This document shows, in pieces, positions 1-9,365 of a DNA stretch of 64,000 bases (position 1 is its first letter; the number at the start of each line of letters is the position of its first letter). The translations under genes and the position numbers were made by a program. This DNA is from a virus (lineage: Duplodnaviria; Caudoviricetes): positions 1 through 64,000 of IMG/VR virus record IMGVR_UViG_2931714059_000002. One strand, given 5' to 3'. Under the pieces are notes generated by a model. That model did no database searches. It was given only the letters and a program-made list of their open reading frames with translations, and was not told the DNA's origin.

Positions 1-204
1 CTACGCCATGGGTGCGCCGCTGCGCCTATGAACGGTCAGCGCGGCGGTCGCGAGGCGGGGCAGCCGCACGAGCAGGAGGGCCAGGGCCTCGTCCTCGACC
101 AGGTAGTCGGGATCGTAGGCGGCGCGGATCTGCTGCCCTCGGTCCTGGTAGAGCAGGGCTCGGCTCCTGAGCGGAGCATGCTCTACCTGGATCGCTACGG
201 TCAC
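1..204 (-). CDS. Hypothetical protein downstream of the repressor
   Basis: 67 aa ORF with GGGGGA RBS upstream of ATG. Confidence 0.6.
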   Translation of the reverse strand: MTVAIQVEHAPLRSRALLYQDRGQQIRAAYDPDYLVEDEALALLLVRLPRLATAALTVHRRSGAPMA

Positions 205-369
205 ATGAGTCCCCCAATCCCGCGGGCCCGCAGAGCTCGCGATGGTTGTGCGAGGTCCGGTGATCGTAGGCCGATCACGTGATCTTGACGCTCACACTCG
301 CCCAACTGGGTGAGATTGGGGCATGAATCGTGACAATGCTGCCTATAGCATCATTGGTTTAGTTCTGGA

Positions 370-747
370 TTAACCCTCTTGCCGCCATCGCTCCGCGACA
401 GCACGGGCGACCCCCTCGTCAGTGCCGTCCCCCAACTCCCGCAGGAGCACTGCCGGCGAGCCGTCGGCCAGCTCCGACTCCTCGTAGCCCAGCAACTGGA
501 GGTGGGCGGCGGCGGCTACGACAGCCCGGGGCAAGCGGAGGCCGGCAGCGAGGGCAGAGATCAGCTCGGGGCGCGCCTCGAAGTGGCCTCCCCTGGAGAT
601 CTTGCCCAGGAGCCCGAGGCTGGGTCGGTAGCCAGTGTCGGGATCGATGGCGATCTTGAGGAAGTCTCGCTGAGTCAGCCGGCCGCCTCGCCCGCGCTCT
701 CCTACGCGCTGGCGGACCAGTTCCGTCAACGCGGCGCGCTGCTCCAT
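370..747 (-). CDS. XRE-like HTH repressor (cI-like)
   Basis: LTQRDFLKIAIDP..YRPSLGLLGKISRG..PELISALAAGLRLP pattern; divergent from Cro-like gene. Confidence 0.75.
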   Translation of the reverse strand: MEQRAALTELVRQRVGERGRGGRLTQRDFLKIAIDPDTGYRPSLGLLGKISRGGHFEARPELISALAAGLRLPRAVVAAAAHLQLLGYEESELADGSPAVLLRELGDGTDEGVARAVAERWRQEG

Positions 748-925
748 CCCGACACCCCTACCTCGGCACCCGACGGCGGGCGGGCCCAGCCGCCCCCCAG
801 CTCATCCGCCTCATTGTCCACTAGTTGCGCTGTGCTCTCTAGCGATCCAGCGAGCGCAAGGGGGCCGAATGGGGCATGCCATTCCTCCGTTCGAGCGCCC
901 CGGGCGCCCCTGGCGCTCTCCCCGA

Positions 926-974
926 TTGGACAGCGCTTATGCGCTGTGCTGCAATGAACACGAACGCGTTCATG
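926..974 (+). promoter_or_regulatory. Rightward early promoter with operators
   Basis: TTGGAC (926-931), N18, TGCAAT (950-955); dyad ACAGCGC-TTAT-GCGCTGT (930-947); dyad ATGAACACGAACGCGTTCAT (954-973). Confidence 0.6.
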
Positions 975-998
975 TACAGCGTGTTCAGCGGGAGAGCA

Positions 999-1640
999 AT
1001 GCGCACCACCAACCTCCAGTTGTATGACCCTGCGGAGATGCGGCGCCTGATGGCGTGCGCACCCAGCGGCGGACTGTCAATCCGCAAGCTGGCGGCCGTC
1101 GTTGGCATCGGAAAGAGCCGCCTGGGTCTACTGCTGACCACGGGTCCGTATCGGGTCAGCGACGCTGAGGCTGACCGGATCGCCCGCGCTCTCTCCGTGA
1201 ACAGAGGGCGCCTTTTCGCCTCGTTTGAACACGAACGCGTTCATGATTCGAAGGGATTGGGAGAGATGGCATCCGAACTATCGCTCAAGAGGCAAGCGGC
1301 CTCGCACGAGAGCTGGGCGCGCACGCCCAATCGCACGGCGCGCACCACCGCCGCTCGCAACGCCCTCGCTGAGCGCTGGCGTCGAGAGGCGCGGGAGATG
1401 CACCCGAACGGCACGGACGAGCAGATCGAGCAGGCTGCCGAGTCGCTGCGCAGCGCTCACTACGCGGACCTGGCACGTCGCTCCGCTCAGGCACGGCGCA
1501 TCAAGGGCCAACTCCAGCGCGAGAAGGACGACCGGCGGCGACGGCGCCTCGCCAAGCAGGCGGCTGAGCTGGCGCGCGAACTCCAGGAGGCCAGCGAGGG
1601 CGACGAGGCCGACGACTCGGCCGAGCTGAATGCGGCCTGA
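999..1640 (+). CDS. Cro-like HTH protein fused in frame to a helical phage domain (internal start at 1266)
   Basis: RBS GGGAGAG before ATG 999; LSIRKLAAVVGIGKSRLGLL HTH; second RBS and ATG at 1266 (SHESWARTPNRTART). Confidence 0.75.
   Translation: MRTTNLQLYDPAEMRRLMACAPSGGLSIRKLAAVVGIGKSRLGLLLTTGPYRVSDAEADRIARALSVNRGRLFASFEHERVHDSKGLGEMASELSLKRQAASHESWARTPNRTARTTAARNALAERWRREAREMHPNGTDEQIEQAAESLRSAHYADLARRSAQARRIKGQLQREKDDRRRRRLAKQAAELARELQEASEGDEADDSAELNAA
1226..1245. promoter_or_regulatory. Second copy of 20-bp operator TGAACACGAACGCGTTCATG
   Basis: Identical to 955-974. Confidence 0.7.
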
Positions 1641-1729
1641 CCGCACACCGAGGGGTCGCCCGATACCGCCAAGCAGCGGACGACCCCCAGCAACCCCTAC
1701 ACCGAGCAACCAGAACAGGAGGGGCAGGC

Positions 1730-2080
1730 ATGCAGCCTACCCAGGACATCGCGGCGGTGCTCCGTCGCGCCGTGACCGTGCTCGATGAGCGCGGTCGAAC
1801 CGTCGGCGATTTCGAGAACCGAGAAAGCTGTGCCGTCTGCGCGATCGGCGCCATCCGGGTCGCCGCCCACGACGACCCGTGGACGGACAGCGACCTGAGC
1901 ACTGCCGTCATCCGGGCTGTGGCGGCTCGGATCGACACGTCCACGATCATCGATCCCATCGAGCGCATCGCGGACTGGCACGACGAGCCCGGCCGCACCG
2001 ACGACGAGGTGACGATCCGGCTCGGCCGGATCGCCGACGAGTTCGAATGGGTCACCGCCCGCCGGGTGGTGGCGGCATGA
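1730..2080 (+). CDS. Hypothetical phage protein (DUF6197-like)
   Basis: VLRRAVTVLDERG..VCAIGAIR..IADWHDEPGRTDDEV; GGAGG RBS. Confidence 0.65.
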   Translation: MQPTQDIAAVLRRAVTVLDERGRTVGDFENRESCAVCAIGAIRVAAHDDPWTDSDLSTAVIRAVAARIDTSTIIDPIERIADWHDEPGRTDDEVTIRLGRIADEFEWVTARRVVAA

Positions 2081-2487
2081 GCGGGCCCGCGCGGCAGGTA
2101 CGCCGCCCGATCTCCGCACTACGCATGGCGCAGATCCGGGAGCTGTCGCGCCGTCACCCTCTGGCAGGCCCGGCGATCCGTGAGCTGCTGGCTGAGATCG
2201 CACGGCTGCGTGCGGAGGCGCGGCGCTGCGAGGCGAGCGCCGAGCTGTACCGGCGGCTCACTCCGGTGCTGCGGCAGGTTCTGCTCTGGCACGCGCAGGG
2301 CGTGCAGTTGGCGGACATGGCGGAGCGCCTGGACGTTTCCACGTCCACGATCACGGCCTACAGGGGCCGGATCTCCACCGCGCTCGGGGTGTCCACGATC
2401 ACTCAGGCCGTGGGGATCGCTGCTGCCGCTGGCCTGATCAGCGTGGAGCAGATCGCCAGCGGCGGCGGGACGGAGGGCAAGCCATGA
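2077..2487 (+). CDS. LuxR-type HTH regulator
   Basis: LTPVLRQVLLWHAQGVQLADMAERLDVSTSTITAYRGRISTALGV. Confidence 0.8.
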   Translation: MSGPARQVRRPISALRMAQIRELSRRHPLAGPAIRELLAEIARLRAEARRCEASAELYRRLTPVLRQVLLWHAQGVQLADMAERLDVSTSTITAYRGRISTALGVSTITQAVGIAAAAGLISVEQIASGGGTEGKP

Positions 2488-2630
2488 CCCACTCGGACAC
2501 CCGGCACCGGACAGTCGAGGAACTGCGGGCGTGCGCGCTGTGCAGCCCGCTGCGGCACCCGTCCCACCACAAGATTCGGCGCGAGGTGCAGCAGCGGCTG
2601 CCCAAGCAGACCCGAGCGGAGCGCACATGA
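2484..2630 (+). CDS. Small hypothetical protein (48 aa, CxxC)
   Basis: ATGA-coupled on both sides; MTHSDTRHRTVEELRACALCSPLRHP. Confidence 0.55.
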   Translation: MTHSDTRHRTVEELRACALCSPLRHPSHHKIRREVQQRLPKQTRAERT

Positions 2631-3568
2631 CGGACACCGAGCTGGCCGGGGCGCAGGCCCCGGCCGCCGGCCCCAAGAAGGGCCGAAGGAAGAAGAAGGA
2701 CGCGCCGCCGCTGGAGGGCGCGGCCCGTATCCCTGTGGCGCAGGAGACCACCGGCTACTACAAGGATCCTGTGACGGGCGAACGGCTCCGGCGCGTCACC
2801 ACGATCCTCAACGCGGGCCTGCCCAAGGGCGGCGGCCTCATGTACTGGCACGGCAAGGTCGTGGCCGAGACGGCGATGGAGCGGCTGCCGGAGCTGGTGG
2901 CCGCGAGCATGGACCCCAAGCGCCAGGCCGACATGCTGGCGTGGCTGACGCGCACGCCGGAGCGGGCGCGGGATGAGCGCGGTGATGTCGGCCGCGCGGT
3001 CCATCGGCTGATCGAGGCCCGGGTGTTGGGCCAGCCCGTTCCGCAGGAACTCCTGGACGACGTGACCCTGCGTCCTTTCCTCCGCCATTTCGAGCGGTGG
3101 GTAAAGGAGTGGGAGGTCGAGTTCGAGGCGTCCGAAATGGTCGTCGCGAATCAGCGAGAGGGCTACGCGGGGACGCTGGATTTCCTCTGCCGCTCGCGCG
3201 TCATCTCGCTGCTCCTGGGCCTTCCTCCGACGACTGTCTACCTCGGTGACACCAAGACCGGCGGCGAGCTGGACGTCAAGGGCGTGTACCCGGAGGCGGG
3301 CTACCAGATGTCCGCGTACCGCAGTGCGCGGGTGGGCTGGCTGCGCGAGGGCACGCAGGTGCCGATGCCCGCGACCGCGGAGACCGGCATCGTCCTGCAC
3401 CTGCGGCCGGAGGGCTACCGCCTGATCCCCGTAGACGCCGGGCCGAAGGTATTCGCCGAGTTCCAGTCCATCCATCGGGTCGCGAAAGGCCAGTGGACGA
3501 CCGCCAAAACCATTGTGGGCAGCGCGCTTTCCCTGCCCTCTGACGAAGAGATGGGGGAGGCTGCCTGA
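2627..3568 (+). CDS. PD-(D/E)XK (Cas4/RecE-like) exonuclease
   Basis: RVTTIL, RGDVGRAVHRLIE, YAGTLD, GDTKTG, QMSAY motifs. Confidence 0.85.
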   Translation: MTDTELAGAQAPAAGPKKGRRKKKDAPPLEGAARIPVAQETTGYYKDPVTGERLRRVTTILNAGLPKGGGLMYWHGKVVAETAMERLPELVAASMDPKRQADMLAWLTRTPERARDERGDVGRAVHRLIEARVLGQPVPQELLDDVTLRPFLRHFERWVKEWEVEFEASEMVVANQREGYAGTLDFLCRSRVISLLLGLPPTTVYLGDTKTGGELDVKGVYPEAGYQMSAYRSARVGWLREGTQVPMPATAETGIVLHLRPEGYRLIPVDAGPKVFAEFQSIHRVAKGQWTTAKTIVGSALSLPSDEEMGEAA

Positions 3569-4695
3569 TGCCTATCCTGGATTTGCAGCAGAGGATCCGC
3601 CAGCTCGGCGAGATTCGTATCGGCCACGTCGTGGATACCGGCCGGATCTCGAAGAAGACCGGCAAGGCTATCAAGCGGCCGGCGAAGCTGAATCGCTTCC
3701 GGCTGACTTCGCCCAGCGCCGAGATCCTCGGTGATGTCGCAAAGCTGTACGGCGGCGAAGTCCAGCCGTGGACACCGGCGAACGGCGGGCCCGCCGAGTT
3801 CGAGGTGTACACCAAGGCCGCCCGGCTGCCGGTGCTGGTGCCGCCGCGTGGCGCGATGAGCCAGTGGTACGAGCAGTGGCAGGGCTCGAAGTGCGTGCGC
3901 CGCTGCGACGGCCGAACGGAGGTCAAGTCCGAGCGTGCGTGCCCGTGTGACCCGGTCGACCGCGAGTGCAAGCCGACCACCCGCATCAACGTGATGCTCA
4001 GGGACGTGCCCGCGCTGGGGCAGTGGCTGCTGATCTCCCACGGCTACTACGCGGCGCTTGAGCTGCCGGGCGCGGCTGAGGTGCTGGCCATGGCCGGGGG
4101 CTACGTGGACGGCTGGCTCGGTATGGAAGAGCGCGTCGTCATGCGGGATGAGGGCCCGGCGCGTTTCATGGTCCCGACCCTGGATGTGGCTGCGACACCC
4201 CGCGCTCTGATGTCCGGTCAGGGGACGGCCGTGCAGTCCGTCACCGCCCCGGGCCGGGTCGCGATCGCGTCCGGGCGGCCCGACTACGCGGAGCTGGCGC
4301 GCGTCGCCACGACCGCCGATGAGGTCGGGGCGCTGTGGCGGCAGGCCAGTGCGGCCGGTCACCTGGACGACGACCTGGCGGCAGCGCTCAAGATGCGCGG
4401 CGAGCAGCTGCGCGCCGCCGAGGTCGAGGAGCCGGAGCCGGAGCCGGACGGCGAGTACGACGACGCCGAGCCGGAGCCGGACGAGGACGGCGCGATCGAC
4501 GCCGAGATCGTGGACGACGACGAGGAGCCGAGCGAGGTCTGGTACGCCATCGTCGCCGCTGCGGGGCGGCTCCAGCTGCCGATGCCGGAGGTCCAGGCCC
4601 GGTGTGTGGAGCAGATCGGGGTGCCGCCGTCCGAGGCGACGGCCGCTCAGCTCCGCGCGGTCCTGCGCGACATCAAGGCGGGGGGCGTGCGATGA
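3568..4695 (+). CDS. phiC31 gp3-like / recombination-directionality-factor-like protein
   Basis: MPILDLQQRIRQLGEIRIG, RPAKLNRFRLTS, RRCDG, CKPTTRINVML, GYYAALEL motifs. Confidence 0.7.
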   Translation: MPILDLQQRIRQLGEIRIGHVVDTGRISKKTGKAIKRPAKLNRFRLTSPSAEILGDVAKLYGGEVQPWTPANGGPAEFEVYTKAARLPVLVPPRGAMSQWYEQWQGSKCVRRCDGRTEVKSERACPCDPVDRECKPTTRINVMLRDVPALGQWLLISHGYYAALELPGAAEVLAMAGGYVDGWLGMEERVVMRDEGPARFMVPTLDVAATPRALMSGQGTAVQSVTAPGRVAIASGRPDYAELARVATTADEVGALWRQASAAGHLDDDLAAALKMRGEQLRAAEVEEPEPEPDGEYDDAEPEPDEDGAIDAEIVDDDEEPSEVWYAIVAAAGRLQLPMPEVQARCVEQIGVPPSEATAAQLRAVLRDIKAGGVR

Positions 4696-5417
4696 GCTGG
4701 ACGGATCAGCCGATGGCCGGGTTCGACTTGGAGACCACCGGTGTCAGCGTGGAGGACGATCGGGTCGTCACGGCGTGCGTGGCGCGGGTCGGCCGGGGCC
4801 TGACGACGGCACCGGTGACGTGGCTGGCTGACCCGGGGATCGACATCCCCGAGGGTGCGGCGGCTGTGCACGGCGTGACGACGGAGCGGGCCCGCGCGGA
4901 GGGCCGTCCGGCGGCCGAGGTCGTGGGCGAGATCGTCGCCTCTCTCGCCGAGGTCGTAGCGGATGGGCTCCCGATCGTGGCCATGAACGCCAGCTACGAC
5001 CTGACGCTCCTGGACCGGGAGGCGCGTCGCCACGGCGTCACGCCGCTGGTGGACGAGATCGGCGGTCCGGACCGGCTGCGGGTGATCGACCCGCGTGTGC
5101 TGGACAAGCGGATCGACCAGTTCCGGCGCGGGAGCCGCACGCTCACCGCGCTGTGCGCCCACTACGGGGTGCGGCTGGACGGTGCGCACTCCTCGGACGC
5201 TGACGCGCTGGCGGCGTGCCGCGTGGCGTGGCGCATCGGGCAGATCTCGCCGGGCCTGGCGGCGACGGACCTGGCTGTGCTGCACGAGCAGCAGATCGCA
5301 TGGGCCGCCGAGCAGGCCGACAGCCTCGCCGACTACTTCCGCAGTCGGGGCCGTGTGCAGGACGCGGCCGGTGTGCGCCGCGACTGGCCGCTGATCCCCG
5401 CCCAGCGCACCGCCTGA
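4692..5417 (+). CDS. DnaQ-like DEDDh 3'-5' exonuclease
   Basis: FDLETTG, MNASYDLTLL, AHSSDADA. Confidence 0.9.
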   Translation: MSWTDQPMAGFDLETTGVSVEDDRVVTACVARVGRGLTTAPVTWLADPGIDIPEGAAAVHGVTTERARAEGRPAAEVVGEIVASLAEVVADGLPIVAMNASYDLTLLDREARRHGVTPLVDEIGGPDRLRVIDPRVLDKRIDQFRRGSRTLTALCAHYGVRLDGAHSSDADALAACRVAWRIGQISPGLAATDLAVLHEQQIAWAAEQADSLADYFRSRGRVQDAAGVRRDWPLIPAQRTA

Positions 5418-5482
5418 CCTACCCCCCTTCACCCCTACTCGGTGCCGGGCCCTGCGTGGGCCCGGCACCCGGAGAACAACAT

Positions 5483-5839
5483 ATGAGCACCATCTTGAGC
5501 ATCCCCCCGGCGGTGACCGTCCCTCCGGCGGTGCACCTTCCCCGCTGCGTCTGGGTGCAGCACGGGTCTTGCGGCTGCATCACGGCCGCCGTGGCGGCGG
5601 CGCCCGCCGGGTCGAGGCCGCGGATGACGGCTGCGGACGCTGCTTCGGTGGCACAGCCGGACCCCGAGCGCCGCGCCCAGGACGTGGCGGACGGCCTGCG
5701 CTGGAAGCTGGTCCGGGTCACCGACTACATGACCGTGCGGTCCTGGGACTGTGCGCGTCACGCGCTGGCCCTGAGTCGCCCAGACGTGTCGGTGCTGCCG
5801 CTCCGCTCGCTGCCCAACACCGGGGCGGTGGCGGCCTGA
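5483..5839 (+). CDS. Hypothetical protein
   Basis: RBS GGAG, ATG 5483. Confidence 0.6.
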   Translation: MSTILSIPPAVTVPPAVHLPRCVWVQHGSCGCITAAVAAAPAGSRPRMTAADAASVAQPDPERRAQDVADGLRWKLVRVTDYMTVRSWDCARHALALSRPDVSVLPLRSLPNTGAVAA

Positions 5840-6297
5840 TGGCGATGTTCATGGAGCCGCTGGGCACGGACTGGGTGGCGCCGGAGCCGCCGCCGTGCCC
5901 GGACTGCGCGTGCTGCACGGCGCGGCTGTGCGGCCAGGGCCGGGCGCACCCGATGGGCTGCCGGGCTCTGGAGCGTGCCGGCGACCCGATCGTGGCGGGA
6001 TGCCCGTGCTCGGCCGCTGAGACCGCGGGGACGGCAGCGCACTACGCGGAGCGGCGCCGCGCGGCGCTGCTCCGCGAGCGGGACGGTGAGGCGCCGTCCG
6101 GCGTGGTGTGCGGGATGACCGCGCGGGACACGGACGGCCGGCGGGTGCGGTGCGGGGAGCCGGAGGGGCATCCGCTGGCGGTGCCGCACACGGACCTGCG
6201 GGCGGGGGCCGGTCGGCCGCGGTTCCGGTGGCACGCGATGTGCTCGTCCGACGCGGTGCCGGTGCAGCTCGCCGAGGCCGTAGGAGGTGCCGCGTGA
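5839..6297 (+). CDS. Cys-rich hypothetical protein
   Basis: CPDCACCTARLC; TGATG overlap. Confidence 0.6.
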   Translation: MAMFMEPLGTDWVAPEPPPCPDCACCTARLCGQGRAHPMGCRALERAGDPIVAGCPCSAAETAGTAAHYAERRRAALLRERDGEAPSGVVCGMTARDTDGRRVRCGEPEGHPLAVPHTDLRAGAGRPRFRWHAMCSSDAVPVQLAEAVGGAA

Positions 6298-6524
6298 CGC
6301 CGCTGGGGTGGATGTCCCTCGCGATCGCGTGGGCGTGTGGCGCCGCCAAGACCGCGCTGGAGCTGGAGCAGTGCGCCGGGCAGGTCGGCGCTGTCGTCGA
6401 TCTGAGCACGCTGCCGTCCTGGTGGCGGTGGCTGCTGCTCGCGGGTACCGCTGCGGCCTGGCCGGTGGTCCTGGTCGTGCTGCGCGTGCAGCGGCGGCTG
6501 CGCGCGAGGGGCGGTGTGTCGTGA
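6294..6524 (+). CDS. Small membrane protein
   Basis: GTGA overlap; hydrophobic segments. Confidence 0.55.
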   Translation: MTPLGWMSLAIAWACGAAKTALELEQCAGQVGAVVDLSTLPSWWRWLLLAGTAAAWPVVLVVLRVQRRLRARGGVS

Positions 6525-6703
6525 CGACGGTGATGGTGATCCTCGCCTGGGGCGCCGTCTCGGTGACCACCGGGCAGCTGGCCGAGGACGTATTCGACTA
6601 CGGCGAGACAGATCGGGCTGAGCGGCTCGCTATCTCGCTGCTGTGGTCGCTGTGGCCTGCGGTGGTGTTGCAGCTGCTGCTGTCCGGGCTGGGAGAGATC
6701 TGA
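6521..6703 (+). CDS. Small membrane protein
   Basis: GTGA overlap; two hydrophobic segments. Confidence 0.55.
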   Translation: MTTVMVILAWGAVSVTTGQLAEDVFDYGETDRAERLAISLLWSLWPAVVLQLLLSGLGEI

Positions 6704-7047
6704 TGCGTGCTCGGACGGCTGTGCAGCAGGAGCTGCTGTTCGCGGTGGGCCCGGAGGCCCGTCGCGTGGACGACTGGGAGGCGTGGCTGGAGGAGGTGCG
6801 GCCGGCCTTCGAACGGGCTGCAAGGTCGGGCCGGGAGTGGACGACGTATGAGGTCGCCCGTGCTGAGGATCTGCCGGACCCGCCGGACCCGGCGACGCAC
6901 TGGGGGCGGCTGATGACGCTGCTCCACGCGGAGGGCCTGGTGGAGGCTGCGGGTTGGGCTACGAGTCTGCGGCCGACGGTGCACTCCTCGGGGGTGCGGC
7001 GATGGCGCGGCACGGGGGCGGCCCGGGATTGGGAGGCTGCCGCATGA
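6703..7047 (+). CDS. Hypothetical protein (possible winged helix)
   Basis: TGATG overlap; WTTYEVAR..LPDPPDP..HWG. Confidence 0.65.
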   Translation: MRARTAVQQELLFAVGPEARRVDDWEAWLEEVRPAFERAARSGREWTTYEVARAEDLPDPPDPATHWGRLMTLLHAEGLVEAAGWATSLRPTVHSSGVRRWRGTGAARDWEAAA

Positions 7048-7514
7048 TCGGGATGCCTGCTGGGGTGCCGGATCTGGAGGTGACGGTGCGGCACATCCAG
7101 GCCGCGCCGCAGGGCTCCAAAAGCCATGTCGGGCGGGGCCGGATGATCGAGTCCTCGCGCCGTGTCGGACCGTGGCGGGACGCGGTGGTGCTGGCAGCCC
7201 GCTCAGCTGCGGCCGGGCGCGGCCTGGCCGCGCCGCTCGACGGGCCGCTGGCGGCGGAGATCGTCCTCACGGTCGTGCGGCCGGCCTCGGCCCCGGGCCG
7301 GGCGTGGCCAACGACGCGGTCCTCCGGGGACTTGGACAAACTGCTGCGATCTACGTGGGATGCGCTGGGCACTGCCGCGGTCATCGAGGACGACTCGCGG
7401 ATCGTGCAGGTCGCCGCGACCAAGGCGTACCCGGGTGGCTGTGCTGGTGCCCTGGATGGTCCGGGTGGCGTGATCCGGCTGTGGCGCATCGTGCCGGACG
7501 GGGTGATCGCGTGA
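7044..7514 (+). CDS. rusA: RusA-like Holliday junction resolvase
   Basis: APQGSK, WRDAV, GDLDKLLRSTWDAL, DDSRIV. Confidence 0.85.
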   Translation: MIGMPAGVPDLEVTVRHIQAAPQGSKSHVGRGRMIESSRRVGPWRDAVVLAARSAAAGRGLAAPLDGPLAAEIVLTVVRPASAPGRAWPTTRSSGDLDKLLRSTWDALGTAAVIEDDSRIVQVAATKAYPGGCAGALDGPGGVIRLWRIVPDGVIA

Positions 7515-7924
7515 CCGGCCGTCCGTGCCCGCAGGGGCATCCCGCGAGTGCACGGCGGCGCACCGCCTCTGGTCGCCGGCCGTGCATGGAGTGCCGGCGC
7601 GAGCGGGACCGGAGGCGTGCCGAGGAGCGCTGGGCGGCTCACCAGGGCCACGCCGTCATCGTCACGCGCTCGGGCAGGAGGCGGTGCGCCACCTGCTCGC
7701 GGGGTTATCGGTTGTCCCCTGTTGATGAGTCGGCGGTGATCCGCGCCGTTGACGGTGATCCTCCCGCGCGGCTGAGCCCTGCCGATCTGGCGGCTGCCGC
7801 GCTGCGGCTCACGGACCGCGAGCTGTCAGCGCGGGAGATCGCCCTGCGCGTGGGCTGCTCCGCCCGGACAGTGGTCCGCATCCGATCGGCGCGCCGTGCC
7901 GGACTGATCGGAGGTGCGCGGTGA
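7511..7924 (+). CDS. Zn-finger plus C-terminal HTH protein
   Basis: CPQGH, CMEC, CATC; LSAREIALRVGCSARTVVR. Confidence 0.7.
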   Translation: MTGRPCPQGHPASARRRTASGRRPCMECRRERDRRRAEERWAAHQGHAVIVTRSGRRRCATCSRGYRLSPVDESAVIRAVDGDPPARLSPADLAAAALRLTDRELSAREIALRVGCSARTVVRIRSARRAGLIGGAR

Positions 7925-8238
7925 CGCGTCGTCTGATCGCCGTGGCGGCCGGGCTGGTGGTGCTCGTGTCGCTGGTCGCGGCCTGCAACACGCAGCAGCA
8001 GCGGTGCCCGTCCCCGTCGCCGACGGTGCACATCAGGGCTGACGGCAACGGCGGCGAGGACCTGGCGGTGCTCGCCGCCGCCCCGGGCCGGGTGTCCGGC
8101 GGTGGCGGCGGAGGCCGGGGCGGAGTGAGTGGCGGCGGCCGGGCGCCGGCGCCGCGCCCTGCTCCAGTTCCGGTTCCGGTGCCCGTCGTGGTGGGCGGCT
8201 CCAGCGGCGGAGCTCCGTCGCCTGACTGCCGCTCGTGA
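7921..8238 (+). CDS. Putative lipoprotein
   Basis: Signal peptide with LVAAC lipobox. Confidence 0.6.
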   Translation: MTRRLIAVAAGLVVLVSLVAACNTQQQRCPSPSPTVHIRADGNGGEDLAVLAAAPGRVSGGGGGGRGGVSGGGRAPAPRPAPVPVPVPVVVGGSSGGAPSPDCRS

Positions 8239-8299
8239 CCTTGCGGGCCCCGGCGCTCTGCCGGGGCCCGCCCTCATCCATCTCATCGAGGAGAAGCGC

Positions 8300-8737
8300 A
8301 TGCCAAAGCTGGACAAGGACGCCCAGGTCGCCGTCAAGCTCGTCCCGGACGCCGGCCTGCTGGACCTGGCGCTGAGCGCCGAGCAGCGACGCAGCCTGTT
8401 CGAGCACCCGGGCAGCTCGGTCGTCGCGATCATCGAGCTGTCGTCAGCGAGCTACACGGGCCACGCGGCCAGCGAAGAGAAAGACCCGCAGGTGAAGCTG
8501 CGCGTGACGGCCTGCCAGGCCGCGCGTGACGGTGCGGAGGAGTCGGCGCTACGGACTGCGCAGCGGGCGATGTGGCGGCACCACCAGATCGAAGGGACTT
8601 TGGAAGAGGTCGGGCCGGGGCCGCGGTCGGCCGAGGCCGTCCTGGGTGACGCGCTGGCGGGCTACCCGACGGAGGACGAGTACGCGGAGCACCGGCGGTC
8701 TGAGCTGGCGCGGGAGCGTGCAGATTTCGTGCGATGA
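8300..8737 (+). CDS. Hypothetical protein
   Basis: RBS GAGGAG, ATG 8300. Confidence 0.7.
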   Translation: MPKLDKDAQVAVKLVPDAGLLDLALSAEQRRSLFEHPGSSVVAIIELSSASYTGHAASEEKDPQVKLRVTACQAARDGAEESALRTAQRAMWRHHQIEGTLEEVGPGPRSAEAVLGDALAGYPTEDEYAEHRRSELARERADFVR

Positions 8738-8739
8738 CA

Positions 8740-8791
8740 CGACACGAGATTGCGACTTGACATGGTGATTATGAATTGCCATACTGTGTCG
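8740..8791 (+). promoter_or_regulatory. Operator-flanked sigma70-type promoter P1 (replication operon)
   Basis: TTGACA 8757-62, N17, CATACT; operators CGACACGAGATTGCG and TGCCATACTGTGTCG. Confidence 0.8.
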
Positions 8792-8848
8792 CACGTGAGG
8801 GATCGAAACGCAGATCCGCACTCCAGCCGTGAACGTGAAAGGCAGCCC

Positions 8849-9283
8849 ATGGACCAGCCCACCTACACCGACGACGACCTCATCGCCGAGGCCGCGAAGC
8901 AGCACCGCCACCTCACCGAGGAGCCCGAGTACATGGGTGTCGGCGAGGCGATGGAGGACTCCCCCATCGCGTCGTCCACTGACGCCACGAAGTGGGGCGC
9001 CCTGATCGACAAGAACAGCGAGGACAGCGACGAGTACGACGCGGCGCGCGACGCGATCCACGACCTGATGACGGCCGCCGCCGACACGTCGCTCTGGGCG
9101 ATCACGCTCGGCAGGGACGGCCTGACGCCGCAGGCCGACGCCGCTCTGACCATCGGTGGCGACGGCGTTCCCCTCGCCCGTGTCCTCTTCGCGTTCGGTC
9201 CGGACGCCAACGAGGCCCTGCGCGATGGGCTCATCCAGGGCATCGGCGAGGTCATCGAGCGCTCTCTCAGGCTGTACCGCTGA
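8849..9283 (+). CDS. Hypothetical protein
   Basis: RBS GAAAGG, ATG 8849. Confidence 0.7.
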   Translation: MDQPTYTDDDLIAEAAKQHRHLTEEPEYMGVGEAMEDSPIASSTDATKWGALIDKNSEDSDEYDAARDAIHDLMTAAADTSLWAITLGRDGLTPQADAALTIGGDGVPLARVLFAFGPDANEALRDGLIQGIGEVIERSLRLYR

Positions 9284-9365
9284 CCCACCCAACCGGAGGG
9301 GCGGCTCGCCCCGCCCCTCCCCTACCCCTCCCGCCTCCACCACCCACCACAGGAAGACCTCACCC

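Noticed and set aside
954-974. LexA/SOS box
   Set aside because: GAAC-GTTC spacing is 2 or 8 nt, not the N4 of the actinobacterial box
2627-3568. Cas4 as evidence of CRISPR adaptation
   Set aside because: Typical standalone phage PD-(D/E)XK exonuclease in a recombination operon
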